Under the pieces are notes generated by a model. It was not told where the DNA came from, did not search any database, and saw only the letters and a list, made by a program, of their open reading frames with translations. From Lytechinus pictus (taxonomy: Eukaryota), in assembly GCF_037042905.1 (NCBI RefSeq), contig NC_087250.1, positions 19,532,001 to 19,596,000 on the forward strand: DNA of 64,000 bases, given 5' to 3'. A program made the translations under genes and the position numbers. Numbering within the stretch: the first letter of the stretch is position 1; each line of letters opens with the position of its first letter. This document shows, in pieces, positions 49,660 to 63,836 of the stretch.

Positions 49660-50010
49660 AGTCTTATATACAGTTGCGTCCAATAAATCGTCAATTGAAT
49701 CCTACAAATACTCCTTCTTCCCAAGGACAATCCGAATATGGAACCACCTGCCTGGCGAAGTTGTATACAAAACAGCTCGACCAGCATTCAAAGAGGCTGC
49801 GCTTCCCATTATTAGAAATCTGCAGCCTCCAACCGGATCTCTTGTTCTTTAAGATGTATCAGGTTTATACTTGCACATCGCACTCTCCTTTTATTGTAAA
49901 ATAGAGGTCTTTACTATGACACCAATCTTTCACGACATATTTATTGCAAAGTTCATTCCAGTTTAGCTTTTTGGAGCTGCAAGAGGAATTATCTCATCAA
50001 GTATCAAGTT
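49660..50010 (+). pseudogene. 3' fragment of a non-LTR retrotransposon (CR1/RTEX-like ORF2 tail)
   Basis: IESYKYSFFPRTIRIWNHLPGEVV motif followed by a 3' UTR and a short TCAAGTA repeat tail. Confidence 0.7.
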
Positions 50011-50127
50011 AGTATAACACTGTCAAATATTGCAATATGACATTCCTTTTGAAAGCATATAGGGATTTATATTAGGCCTATTAAAATTAATGTCACTTGA
50101 TGGATGCTGATTTTATTTAGAGCAGTA

Positions 50128-50366
50128 CACAGCCAAAACTGCGGTGTTAACCGGTGTACACAGAGGACCACACCATTTATTTTACACCGGTGTTAAATTG
50201 ACAGTGTTAGTTTAGCACAGATAGGTGTTATTGCAACACCTTTGGTTGTTACATGTACACTCTTTGGTGTTATATTCAATCTCTAGGGTGTAATTTTAAC
50301 ACCAGAGGGTGTGGTCCTCTATTAACACCCACTGGTGTCAGTTTTAACACCACAGTTTTTACAGTG
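50128..50366. mobile_element. CACTA/EnSpm-like MITE
   Basis: TA|CACAG...CAGTG|TA; repeated AACACC/GGTGTT subterminal motifs. Confidence 0.65.
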
Positions 50367-51486
50367 TAGGCCTACTGAGGCCATGGGGGAGGGGGGCTGA
50401 TCGAGTCTCGGATGGGGGCCGGGTGGGGGTATACTCCTACTAACAGATTGGTCATTTTAAAAGTTGACATGAAAAAATGATTCTACTCCATTAGCTCCTC
50501 CCCCTTCCCCACCCACCCTGTTCCGTGGTCCCTAAATTTTCTTTGAAAATATCCAACCAAGTTCTTGGTCAATGATCAGTTTTAGATTATTTTTCTTGTT
50601 GGTAATTATTTTTTGATATATTATATTAGATATGCGTATATAGGCAAACCCCACGTACATTGCAAAAACCAAGAGGGAATGATGTTTGGGTTTTTATACC
50701 AATACTTCCACTCATTTTTTTATTAAAATCCAAAGGGATGGTCCGGGCTGAAAATTTTGATATCTAAATAAATATAGTACAATTCACATAGCAAAATGCT
50801 GAAAATTTCATCAAAATCGGATAACAAAAAAACAAAGTTATTGAATTTTTATTTTCATCAATATATGAGAAAACAGTTATAGCCACATCGCATCATGCTA
50901 TTTATTAGGTGGGCTGATGATATCACATCCCCACTTTCCTTTTTCTTATGTTATTACATGAACAAACGCTTCATTTTTTTCATGCATGTGTAGGTGATGC
51001 GTCTCCATTATGATGAAATAAGTTGCGGCAGTAAATAACTAATGCACTCATCATTTGTCAATCCATTTGTTTTAGCTCTTGGTAGAAAAAATTTGAATAA
51101 ACCTAATTTAATATAATAAAACACAAAAGAACAAGTGGGGATATGACATCATCAGCCCAGCTAATGAATATTTATGAAGACATGCCTAGAACTATTTAAC
51201 CGGAATAATGCAATTCTTTAAAATTCAATATCTTTGTTGTTTGTTATCCGATTTTGATGAAATTGTCAGCATTTTGCTTTCTGAATTTTATTTTATTTAT
51301 TTAAATATTTCAGCCCGGAGTATTCGTTTAAGCATGGACCTACTACCATGGTTTAAGGGTATGGGATCGATGGACGATTATTTTTAAAATTACAAATTAC
51401 TTAATCTTTTATACTTCTTGTCAACGCATACATGTTTGAGCAGAATGAATTATTGGGACAAGCGAGCATTCTACCCCCCCTCTCTC

Positions 51487-51523
<37 letters not shown>

Positions 51524-51607
51524 AGAGGGCCCTTTGCATAACGTGTATTACAGCGCGTCATGTTCTATGTACACTTGTAAATAATTCAGCATCAACGCAA
51601 GACGTAG

Positions 51608-51647
<40 letters not shown>

Positions 51648-52288
51648 GCTTTAAGGGAAATAAGTTCACCCCCAAAAAGTTTATTGTAAAAATGACAGAA
51701 AAAAGTAACAAAAGTATTAAGGTTTGATGATAATTTATCAAAGTTTTCAAAAGTTATTAGAATTTTGTTTTATTCGATGACGTCATATCCAAGCAGCTTC
51801 CCATTTATCGAGAATTGAAAAAAAAAATCAAGTAAATGTCATTTCCTTAAAAAAAAATATACAAATATGTTTTATTGTGCATTCATTTATCACCCGGCAC
51901 TTACAGAAAAAAGTCATCATGAACCATTAGCAAATTGAAATTTATGGATGTTATATGATATGTAAATTATAAAGAATTTGTATTGCACAAATTTATTTCA
52001 AAAATAAGAAAGAAATTAAAGAAAGAAGAAAGAAAATGAGGTGAAAATTAAGCAGGGGAAAAAAAAGAAGAAAAGAAAAAAAAAAGGAAATAGGAAACAT
52101 ATAGAAAAAACAAAAGAGGGGAGAAAATATGAAAGAGTTGAGTACATAAATAGAGAAATAAAGAAAGGTAACGAAGTAGGCCTATGCAGATATAAAGAAA
52201 GATAGGAACTTCCGAAGAAGGAAGGAGTATATAGGAGCATATGGAACGCTGACCATGCTGACACGCTCCGCAGTCAAAACATAAAGTC

Positions 52289-52343
52289 ATGGATATCGGA
52301 GACGAAATTAAGAGAACGATTCTAGAAAAGCTTATGGAGTATG
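52289..52343 (+). CDS. C1orf131: C1orf131-like exon 1
   Basis: ATG ... TAT G|GTAAGA. Confidence 0.75.
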
Positions 52344-55300
52344 GTAAGAAAGCTAGAAAAAGAAATATGATAAGAAATAAAGTTGAATTCTTTGTCTTGA
52401 ATTTGGGATTTATGAAGAAACGGGACGATAATGAAATAGCGTTTCTTAGTCACGTGCCCCACGCATTGAAATTCACGTTAGGTAATTTGTACAAAATTAA
52501 ACCTCCTTTTTTAGCTTTGGTAATCCCCCAAAATATGGCTAACCCTATTCCTATTCATTACTAGATTATATGAATGTGTATTCGACTAAAACAGACTGAT
52601 ATGCTCAGCAAGAGATGGGCTTTGAAGTTTGAACAGGATTTGGTCATTGGTGTAATTTTTTTCTTACAGTTACAAAAAAAAACTGTCGATGGTGTCTGGA
52701 CATTCGTCAATAAAAAAAAAACCCACTATAAAGCAGTACAAGCCTTCCACAGCTTATGTTTTGTATAACAGCAACATACTTTGTAAAAGCAAAGGCAATA
52801 GCGGCAACGGCTGCCAAGGCCAAGATTATAGGGTAATTATAACTAATTAATGAGTGACTAATCTTTAATTTGCCCAAATACAAAATTGGTATGCATTTTT
52901 ATCTCAAAGTTTTTTTATAAAAAAGATTGATGATGGCTCAGAAATGCAGAAAAGGCTGTAGTTAGAAATATGAAAAAAATGGTGGCATTCAACCATGGCA
53001 AATTTTGTTCACATGGTATGTTACTTATGTTTACTGTGCAGCTGTGCCCTTTCCTAATTCTTTAATGGTGAAGACAATTATCTTCATGCTTCCCAGACAG
53101 TTGAGAATGATTTGAAAGTCAAATGAGTTGATACTTACCATGAACATCTCTTGTTAGAGATTTATGTCACGATTTGCTATCCATAGTTAAACCACAATAT
53201 TAGACCTGAGTTCAAATTAAACCCTAACTTCTGAATATGGGCATAAAAATCAAACTTTTCCTGATCCCTCATCAAATTAATAACAAATTGATATACAAGG
53301 TTTAAACAACCGAGCAACTGTCACTAGATATATACATTGTAAAAAAAGTATGTCCACTTCTTTAAAATATTTTAGGTGACAGCGTAGTTGAAGACCCACA
53401 GCCTGGTCCCCATACAACACAAAATGGAAGGAAAGCTTGCCATCACCGTGGGAACCAAAAAGGGGATTCGGTCTCCAAGAAAAAGGTTAAGAAGAAGAAG
53501 AAAAAGAAACAGGCCTTATCTGTGGATGCAAGTGTCATCAAATGTCGCAAAGAAAAGCAGAACTCTTTGAGAAGTTTTGAGGAAGAACTGAGATTGTTCA
53601 AGGCATCGCAGGAAGAGAAGGATTTAGAGGTGGAAGCGAATATTGAGCTTGACAGAAGGAAAGACTGTGATGGACAGAAGAAGAAGAGAAAACCACCAGA
53701 AGTGGTTGTATTTAATGATCCAACCAAGAAGAAAAAAGAGGTGGGTTTTTTTTTCTTTAGATATCCCTTACTCTTTGATTTTTGTTCTGGACAGGGAATC
53801 TACATGTAGTAACAAGGTATTTAGAAAATAAAGGGAGCTAGAAATAAAATGAGTATTTTCTCTTCCATACAAGCATGAGTTTTGACCTCAATTTGGTCTC
53901 AAAACTTGTATTGACACTTGACATGAAATGTTGGGCAAAAGGAAGGGAGTGACTCCCCACCTGACTTTCAATGATAATTATAATAATGATAATGAAAATG
54001 ATAAATTATGAAATAAATAATAATTGATAAATTGTGAATTATAAAGCACCAAATCCACCCTGTAGAGTGCTCCAGGTGCATAGAGAGAGAGAGAGGGAAA
54101 AAAGAAAGGTTTTGAGCAGATTTTTAGAAGACTCAAGTGTCTATTCCTGTGCCTATTGTGAATTATTATCCGAGGTTTTATCTTCTGCACAGAACTTGTC
54201 CAAGGTGCAGACTAGTGCAGGACCCAAGGGCAGAGAACTGAGTGAGGGAGAGGTGGACCTGGATCAAGCAAGACATGAGGTCTGGAAGTTTGGCATTAGC
54301 GGACTATCCTTCGAAGATAAAGAGAAGCAAGAAGCGGCTAAGGCTGTTCAACTAGGAGCAAAGGCAAGTTGTTAGGCACTCCCCAATTCATAGTCTGCAG
54401 AGGGGACTTAGCCCATATTCTCGACTGAGTCTGCAACTATAGCCTTTTCTTTTATCATGTTTAAACCGTTGACTACTGACTTATTTATTTCTTTAAAGAC
54501 TTTGTACTGGAATCGTGCTTGGTGCGTTGTGGTCTAGTGGTTCTGACTCTGGGCTGTTAAAAAACATTGCATCTCAAAAATTTTAGGGGAGCTAAGAACA
54601 TAGCTGTATTTAAGAATATTGTATGACAATAGTTGCAGCATCATGTTATTTGAAAGCAGTCTCCCATGTACATTTAATTCCCATAGAGAATTATTTTTAG
54701 GAAAAATGTTATTTTCATAACTATATATTTAGACTTTTTCTGATCTGTCAAAATTTGAAATTTTGGGATATGAGGCTTTGAAACAGCCAAGTGACCATAT
54801 GTATGACTAGTTGAGTTTTGGGATTTTTTTTTACCGATCTGAAAATGATGTTAGGGACAGTGGTGCTATTTTTGTCAATTGTTTTATTCCATCTTGCAGC
54901 CCCCGAAGAGAGCATTTGTGAATTACAAAGAGCTAATGGAAACCAAGCGACAGAAGAAGATTGAAGAGAAACAGCAAAGAGAAATTGTAAGTAGGGAAAA
55001 AGTGCCTTGACTAATCTGTGATGATAGAAAGAAATATGAATAAGTACACCTGAATAATAATACAAACAGGAAATTAGGTATAAAAGTAGCTATGAAATGA
55101 ACTTTAAGAAGCATGCATACATTATATGAAATAGATATGCTTCTTTATTAGAATAATCTGGGCTCCGTAACACAAAGGTTAGCGATTAATCACTAAATGA
55201 ACTGACCTATCAAGACATTCGTTGCATGCGCAGTTTGCTCAGTTGACTGACTAGGAACCAATCAGAATCGTTCTTTCAAATTAGCGATTAATCTCAAATC

Positions 55301-58300
55301 GTTGTGTTACGGAGCCCTGGTTTCTTTAGCTCCAATAGAAAGATTTTAGTTTTGGTTGTAGCATTGCACTTTTTCTCTCTTTTTTTTGGCAGGATCGACA
55401 GATGGGGATAAAAACATCAAAGAAGAAAGATGAAAAGATACAACTCCAGTAAGAAAAGCATTATTTTTATTGTTTTTAGTAATCCTAAATATTGAAGAGC
55501 TACATTAGTTAAAGCATGGAGCTATTACAGAAGGAGGACTGACTCTCTCGAACGCTTTGCCCCATGCGCGGCACCGCTAATCCCCTCACAGCAGGGTGGT
55601 CCATCACGGCACTTTCACACTTACAGGCGCAGGCCGCCCGTAAATCAGCTCTAAGTAAGATAGGAAAAGTTGATCGAATGCAATCTAAAATGCCGTCATT
55701 CGGACCCAATGGGTAATATTAATATAAATAAAATTTGCAGATCATATAATCAACGAAATATCATAAAAGTTAGGTCTAGAGCTATCTCTTCAAATGCGTC
55801 AATTCAGGTTTTTCCGAAACGGTCCGGAGCTGAGGCCTGTACTGTATGAATGAGCTGGGCGCACGAGCTCGGAGCTCAACCATCACACTCACCTTCAACT
55901 TACACAAATAGGAGTACGTGGGGCACCGGAAGATACTCGGCGATGCATCAATCGACATAGAAATGCCCCGTAGATTCGTCGTTATATTATCAAGGCCATT
56001 GTAATCACGCAAATGATCTTTGCTTACAAATTAAGCTCAAAGTATGCTTTTTCACCTTATTATAATTTCTAAAACATGTACGAGCAGGGAAAGATTTAAC
56101 TACGGAAGAAAGACAGACATACCTAAAATGACCAATCTCCAACTTCCTCCGTTTGTAATTTTGTTGAGTCAAATCGGATTGTGACGTATAATTTGGTATG
56201 TATGCAAAGGGGATCATCTCAGAAGTTCAACCATACATCAAAGACGTACATCAGAAATCCGTACAAAGCGATATGGATGTTGGAAGTACAGCAAGACGTG
56301 TTTCGATTTTGAAAAAAACTGAGCTCGAAGGGAAGTTATGTGGAAGAATGTCGTTTTTGGCGGTGCGTCGCAGGGACCTTCAAAAAAATCACTGACCTCA
56401 GATTTTACGAGCGGGCTTATCGTGTTACGTAAGCGGGCTCTTACTTTCGCCTAGCGGCTCGCCGATTGATGTTAGATATCGTTCCTTCGCCAGAGGGAAG
56501 CGATAACAAAGGATTAACAGAGGAATTGGAAGAAGGATCTCCTTCTGTAATAGCTCTATGGTTAAAGTTGATCTATCTTGTCATTTCCACGATGAACACT
56601 ATGATGCCTTGTGTTTTTATCTGCAGAAGTTTAAGACTTGAGAAATTGACCTAATGACACTTTAATGATGCGGCCAAACAACTTTTATAACAGGGCCCTG
56701 TTGCACAAAAGTTACCATTATGGTAACTTTGTCATGCAATGGTAACTTGCATGGAATCCTTGATTTTGATTGGCAGTTGATCAGCGTTACCATGGTAGTT
56801 ACCATTGCATGGCAAATTTACCATAATAGTTACTTATATGCAATGGAGACCAGCTCTCTATATCCCAAAATCACCAACAACATAAACGAAGTTGAATTTA
56901 GTGATGCAGAATTACTGTTGCGCTGGGGGGGAGGGAGGGGGAGGGATTCATAAAATAGAAGGAATATGGGAGGGCAGGAGAGATTCAAACATAAGTGCAT
57001 GATATTTTGTGAAAATAACATTAATGATGCTCTGTTTTTGTATAATGCTTGTCACATTATCATCTAATGTGATTTCCAAAGGTTCTCAAAGTGGGAAATT
57101 TCAGGCCAAAAATTTGGGATTTTGGGCCTTAAGCCCCAAATTAATGAATAATTTGAACAAGCCAGCGAAGAAAATACACAACGGCGACTTCGCTTCATGA
57201 TGGCACATATTGCTTGGTAATTTTCGACATGGAATGCGTTGGGGCGACCATCTTTTCTAAAGTTGCCCCAAGATCAGGCACTTACAATATTCAAGAAAAT
57301 TTTGAAAAATCAATATCCATATATGGCAGCGTAATGAATTTAGCTTTTATAGCATAATGTCCCTTGCGCCAGTGTAATCCTTAAAATGAAAGAAACCTCG
57401 CCCAAAATTCAGCACTAGACCCAATGTGGAAACAATAATCACCCCTTGAAATAAAAAATTCCTACCCTGGAGCAATCATTTTCTTCTGTTTCTTTGGATA
57501 TTATCAGACTCCAAATTGCCAATTCGTCTTTTGACATCTTGTCCACTCATCACATGGTCTACCTTCATTAAGTCTAATGCCATTCCATCCATCAACATTT
57601 CGTCTAACAACCATTTTGTCCAATGACCATTTGGTCCAATCATCACTACGCCTAATCTGCAGTTCGTCTCATAACCAGTTTGTCTCATATTCATTTTATT
57701 TTTCAATCATATCGCCCAATTAACACTTAGTCCAGTTAGACCAAATGGTATATGGACTAAATCGCTATTTGACCAACTGGTTATTAGAAGAAATGGTGAG
57801 TGGACGAATTGGCAAATAGTCCATGTGGATATTGAACGAACTAATGGTAGACCACATGATAGTAGACGAGTTGGTAACTTGACAAATTGTGATTAGACCA
57901 ATTGAAAATGAGCCCCAAAATGGGGGATCTGGAGCCCTGGTAATATGCTGATAAGTTGAACAAACATTATATGACACCTAGATAGATCCTTGGCATTTGA
58001 TTGGTTGTTTGATATCGACCATTCGGACCATTTAAAATGATGTCATCGACCGTGCAATTAGGATCCATTTATCGTGCAATTTTGGATCCATACGATTTTG
58101 TCCATTGCATGCGCGCATTGTACGCGACAACAGACCGAGCTCGCGCTACATGATCACATTTTGCATCGAAATTGATAAATTTCCTATGAAAAATAATCTA
58201 GTTTTACATGTAAGTGTTATATAAACCAAATAATGAATGTTCATTCGTGCAATGGACAGTATACTTCATTCGGTAAAAGATGAAATGAATGATCCATTCA

Positions 58301-58569
58301 ACTCGGCTATGCCTCGTTGAATGGATCATTTCATCTTTCACCTCATGAAGTATTCTGTCCATTGCACTCATAAACATTCATTATTTGTATATTATTTTCC
58401 TCTCTTCTCCTCTTGCAGGAACATAGGCTTCTGGACAGACAAGACGCAAAGGAAAGGTGTCTATGTGGATGGGCAACTTGGAAAATACAAGAGGGGTGTG
58501 CAGGTCTTCTCAAAGAGGGACATAGCAAAGATAAAAAGTCAGACAGGAAAAAGAAAAGGGAAGAGGTGA
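52289..58569 (+). CDS. C1orf131: C1orf131 / DUF4602-family homolog (SSU processome-associated factor), about 294 aa; exons 52289-52343, 53376-53740, 54193-54363, 54900-54986, 55393-55448, 58419-58569
   Basis: Motifs PEVVVF, DLDQARHEVWKFGISG, AVQLGAKPPKRAFVNYKEL and GQLGKYKRGVQVFSKRDI match the C1orf131 family as I recall it (ARLEVHRFGITG, LGAKPPK..YVNYK, GQVGKFKNG). 885 nt in frame. Confidence 0.88.
53376..53740 (+). CDS. C1orf131: C1orf131-like exon 2 (Lys-rich)
   Basis: TTTTAG| acceptor, GAG|GTGGGT donor. Confidence 0.85.
54193..54363 (+). CDS. C1orf131: C1orf131-like exon 3
   Basis: CACAG| acceptor, non-canonical AAG|GCAAGT donor. Confidence 0.88.
54900..54986 (+). CDS. C1orf131: C1orf131-like exon 4
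   Basis: TTGCAG| acceptor; PPKRAFVNYKELM; ATT|GTAAGT donor. Confidence 0.88.
55393..55448 (+). CDS. C1orf131: C1orf131-like exon 5
   Basis: GGCAG| acceptor, CA|GTAAGA donor, phase 2. Confidence 0.8.
57978..58391. mobile_element. Dispersed element with long terminal hairpin; second copy at about 27637-27999
   Basis: Shared AGATAGATCCTTG...CATTCATTATTTGTATA sequence. Confidence 0.7.
58419..58569 (+). CDS. C1orf131: C1orf131-like terminal exon
   Basis: TTGCAG| acceptor; GQLGKYKRGVQVFSKRDIAKIK; TGA. Confidence 0.88.
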
Positions 58570-60617
58570 CGTGGCTTGACACAAAAACTTAAAATCTTAT
58601 CTTTATCATGCCTTTAGTATGTAAAGGGCATACCTTATCACAAGAACATTAAATAATTATTAACTTTTATCATGACCTCAGTATATAAAGAGTGATTCAA
58701 CATTCACGGTGTATTTGGATTGCCAAATGGATATTGCTTGGACGAGACTACTGCAGGATTTGAGCTAGATGACATTGGATGTGCATTATCTACAATAGAC
58801 TTTGTTTTTACTTTTATTAATGTTTAATATGTTAAGCATTTTCTCTGGCAGAACAATTTTCATAATTGAAGTTGCTACTTGGGTAAAATATGGCAATAAT
58901 TATTAGTTTCCTCAAGTTTGAAGTCTCAACAGATTACAATCATGAGGAATTGAAGAAGAGTTAGGTGGCATCATCATTGCTTATCAAAAGGACTTTTTTT
59001 TATAAATCTATCATTTCATTTGAAAATGATTTGCTTGTGAAGATGAATTTAATTTTTGGATTCAGTTTTTACTGCATTTTGGAATGCAATATTTATTGAA
59101 CAAGGAAATACAGGACTTGATAATCACTCTGATGGATGTGTATTACACACAATAGACCCCAATGTTTTTAAACATATATTTCTATTATCCCATGTGATTT
59201 CTACCCAATTCTCTGTAATTTTTATCACCATTGTAATAATTCTTCTTTTATCATTTTATGTCTTTGTTTTTACAAGTCACAAGTTGTTTCCTGAGTAAAC
59301 AAATACGTGTATAATATCTCTTACATTCATGGTAATTTATTGTTCATATTGTTGTCAAATTCTCCTATTAACCTTATCTTAACTGGGCTATTTTGGACCA
59401 ACATATATGGGGGGGGGGGGGGGTCAATTTGTACGCACGTAGAGCCGGATGTAAACTCCAAGACTGTATAGTAAATTCTTTCAAACATTGATCGCTTATA
59501 TTTTTTTGTTATTTATACAAATAAGCGTATGAAATGTGCCCTAAATTTGGTTTGAACCACGTACCCAGGCGTCGCCAATTTGGTCTCAAAGGATGCGCAA
59601 GACTTGAAAGTAAAAAGTCAGCGAGTGGCGCAGTCAAAAAAATTTGCGCTGCGGCGTAGCGACAAAATTTGTGGAGGGGTGGGTCAAATTGACCCCCCCC
59701 TTTATTAAGGGTTAAAGGGTAAACCTGATTGGCCCTGTTTCAGAAATCTTGTCATCAAATTAAATTAGTGATCCATGATAATTTGCTATTGACCAATCAA
59801 ATTGCAGGCTTTCAATAGCTTATAACATCAGCTCGCAACTTACCATCGATTACAAGTATTATGAAACATGGCCTTGATATAAATTTCGTGTTGGCAGAAT
59901 CAAAAGATAAGAGGAACAATTACAGGGAAAGTTTACACCAACGATGAGCTGGGACTCGTTCTGTAATAACTTAAAAAAAAAAAAAAACCATACATGTTTG
60001 TCGGTCAAATCAAATTCAGGGTCCACAGGTCAAAGCTCACTATATTAATAAATTTCGGCATGAAAAAAAAAAAAAAAAAAATTGTCACCATATGAAGGTA
60101 TGACAATCCATTCAAGAATAACAGAGTTATGAATTTTATTTTTTTTAAAGTCACATGCAAGCAGCTCCCCCATGAATCATTATATAATATAGACTGGCTT
60201 TGAGGGGAACATCAAATATGTTGCCCGCAACAGAATCATATTGGCCCGAGCCTTTAGGCGAGGGCAATATGGTTCTTTTAAGGGCAATATATTTGATGTT
60301 TCCCGAAAGAAGAGCCAGTCAATATTGTTATTATTACCTAGAGCTGAATGATGTATAATTCAAGCTATAATTTGGAACAATTCATATGCCTCTTTGTCTA
60401 CCACCACTTCTAATGTCAGGTTATTCACGAACTTGCATGGTGCGCACATACGCGTAAAAATCTTGCACTTGGGGTCTGTGCAGCTTGGAAAATGTATGCA
60501 CTGGCCGTGCCGTGCATTATCTACAATCATTGGTTCCAACCAGATTTCGCAAATAGTGACCAAACACTAAAATTAGCGATCAAAATCGGCTCCTACTGCG
60601 CGGGCACACTAGCAGAA

Positions 60618-61051
60618 ATTGGCCATTTAAAAAATCACTAAAAGGGGGGAACTGCATCGGTCAAAAAAACGATGGAGTTATGAATTATTACAAGTTTCGA
60701 TTTATCTATCTGCTGAAATGCCTTGTATAAGTAATAATATAATATATTTTACATGAATTCCCATTTTCTGATAGAAAGTGCGGAGTAAAGATATCTGAAA
60801 TGGTGTGTCTGATGATATTCCCACCGCGCAGATATTAAAATCACTTTCAAGTTTTTGAGAAAGTGGTGTTTTGAAATTTTCCAAACAACATGTCTGTTTT
60901 ATCACAAATTCAAAACTTGTAATAATTCATAACTCCATCGTTCTTTGACCGATTTTTGTCAAGTCTTCAATATTTTTCTCTTATTTTCTTGTTTTATCAA
61001 AGCTTCATGTGGGTGCAGTTCCCCCTTTTAGTGATTTTTTAAATGGCCAAT
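60618..61051. mobile_element. Foldback/MITE with nested inverted repeats
   Basis: ATTGGCCATTTAAAAAATCACTAAAAGGGGG is mirrored near 61020-61051; an inner IR is also present. Confidence 0.7.
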
Positions 61052-63357
61052 CAAGTTCACTGTTGCTCACACATTTTAATTTTTTATCTTTCATACATGT
61101 ACATGTAGTTATCATATAACCACAGACAAAAAGACACACTTTTGAAAATAGTACATTTTACCTTTGTATTTTGTTTTATTATTCAACATTACAATTGAAA
61201 AAACTTTTTTTTTTCAAAAAATTATTAAATAACACTTTGTACACTATTTACAGGTAAAAAATTTCAGAGATTTTCATTCAAATTATTGGTAAAGAAATAT
61301 AAATCACATTGCCATAATTTTCATGTGTCTACTAAAAAATTGCTGAGAATAGTGGGTTCCTATAAGCAGTTATATTGAAAGTATAAGAGGTGTAACCCAG
61401 GCTGAAATAGTATGATTTGAACAGATAAAGAAAAATCAAACTAAACACTGAAAATTTTATCAAAATCGGACAAGGAATAACAAATTTAAAGCATTTTTAA
61501 GATGTTGCATTATCCTGGTGAAACAGTTCAAGGCATGTCTTCATGAATATTCAAGGAGCAAACTGATGATGTGATATCCCCACTTGTTCTTTTATATTTT
61601 TTATATGAAATCCGGTTTATTCAAATTTTTTCCTCCACGAACTAACACAAAGTGGATCAACATCTGATTTAATGCAGCTTATTTCATTGTAGGGGACACA
61701 TCTAATTCACACATGTACGAAAAAATGAAACAATTATGAATTCATGTTATAACATGAGAAAAAGGAATGTGGGGATGTGACATTAATCATCAGCCCACCT
61801 AATGAATATTCATGACGACGGGCATATAACTATTTTGACAAAATATTGCTAAATTTTAAAACTCAATAACATCACTTACATTTAGCAAAGATATAACTGC
61901 AGCCCCCCCCCCAAAGAAAAGTATAGGATGTGAATCTGAGGGCTGTTCTACAAAAAATTTGGAACATTACACAGGACTTAAAGTGATTGGCTAACATTGA
62001 ATTGACTTTAAAAAAATCTGAGCTGGAAGGTCACACTTGTCACCTGTGTCTGTGATATGTTACAAAAATGTAGCCCAGAAAAAAATCGCGTCCGAAAATC
62101 ATTATTTAGTGCTTCAAAAATTTAAATATAAAGTGACCGGAAACACCATCTTAATTTCATCCCATACACTTATGTGTTCTATTTAAGCATCTTCAAGACA
62201 CCTAATTACAAACTTGGGTTTTGCCTTGTATTTTTAGCTTTTCATTCTCAATAATGGTTGTTTTCAGAGTTTTTTAGTTCTAATACATGTACTTGTACAC
62301 ATGTTTCGTCTTGGTTTGAGAATTTTTTAAATCGGCTGCTCTCAAAGTTAAATTATACCTTTAATGATTAGAATATGGCAAGCTAGATGAATTCAAACTT
62401 TACATTAAAAAATGTTAATTTAGTAATAATTTCCAAGAATTTAAATCTTAAATCTCTTGACAACCACATTCTGTGTGATTAAGGAATGATTCGATTTGGA
62501 GAAGACATACATAATGCACACTTTGCATGTTCTGGGGCCCATCTCATAAAAAGACTTACAACTGTTGTATGGACAGGTCAGATAAGTCTGCGGAGTGCCT
62601 CTTATCTGAGCACACGTATCTGCACGATTCTAATAAAAGAAGATATGCAACGACCAGAAACATTACACCCGCAATACATAGACAGATATTATTTTAAAAA
62701 GCCGACTCAAAATGGTGGGAAAATATTGAATTTTCTAGCATTTCATGCGACCGCCTCAAAATACAGCTTTTTTTATCAAAAAGATCCCTGAATCGTGTTA
62801 AAAATGAATGGGTGTGCAGACATGGGGCCCCCCTTTTTTTTGTTCAGTCTGAAAGTGACTCGCCAAGGTTTTTTCCCAAGAAAATCATATATTTCAAGTT
62901 TTTAGGAGATATTTGGCACACTTACTCATAATAATGTAAGGAATATATCAACTAAATTATTTGTGGAATAAAGATAAATTCATGTTTAATCTCAAGTTAA
63001 ATTTTTAGGTGCGCAGACATGGAGCCCCCTGCATAACTTTGTCATGATACCAACTACCATGGTAACAGGGCTCAGCAGCCAATCAAAATCAAGGTTTCCA
63101 TTGTAGCTGCTATAATGGGAAAGCTAACATAGTTGTAACTCTTTTATGAAACTGGCCTCTGGTCTTAAGGATTGCCTCCATTTCCAGAGCCAATAATTAG
63201 TCTTTACGTACTTTGTTAACAGTCAGAGCGGAAATCCAGAAAGCGGCTTTTCATGACTAACACTTGAACTTCACCATAGACAAAACGATGGGGAATGGAG
63301 GAAATCCGCTATGAAAAGATGCAGCAGTGCTTTATAGTGGGATTTGACAAGGTATGG

Positions 63358-63836
63358 TAGTGGATCGAACTATTACCGAACATTTTCATGAATTCAATCA
63401 TATCAAACACACTATTCTCATAAAATTCACCAAGCTTTCACGATAAATACACAATTACCTACAAAATGTAAATATGTAAAAATCTTGCCGAAATCGTTTT
63501 TCTTTTTTAAAAATGATATTAGCTTCCAATCGGACCCCTCTTCGCATGTGAAATATTTTGGTCACCTAAAAAAGGTATCGTATTACCGAACGTGTGTTTT
63601 CTATGGGGAAAAGTTGAGAAAACAACAAAGTCACTGATGAGCTATTTTGAACATACTTTATTATTTTTAGAATAATAATACTTTGAAAATGTGTTTTTTA
63701 CCATTTTTATCATCTTTCTATTCAAGTTCCCTTTGGCAGGATGTTGCAAAGTTTTGAGCGTATGAAATTATTTTCTGACGCGTACGATGTGCGCATTCGG
63801 TAATACAAGGCCGGTCGGTAATACGATCACTCACTA
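63358..63836. mobile_element. MITE with imperfect TIRs
   Basis: TAGTGGATCG..TATTACCGA / TCGGTAATACGATC..CACTA. Confidence 0.55.

Noticed and set aside
48600..52289. Compact bidirectional promoter for gene 2 and the C1orf131-like gene
   Set aside because: The genes are divergent but about 3.6 kb apart and separated by repeats, so separate promoters are more likely.
55480..56520. GC-richer intronic segment as a nested gene
   Set aside because: Only short ORFs without motifs. More likely a transposon-derived insert whose ends I could not define.
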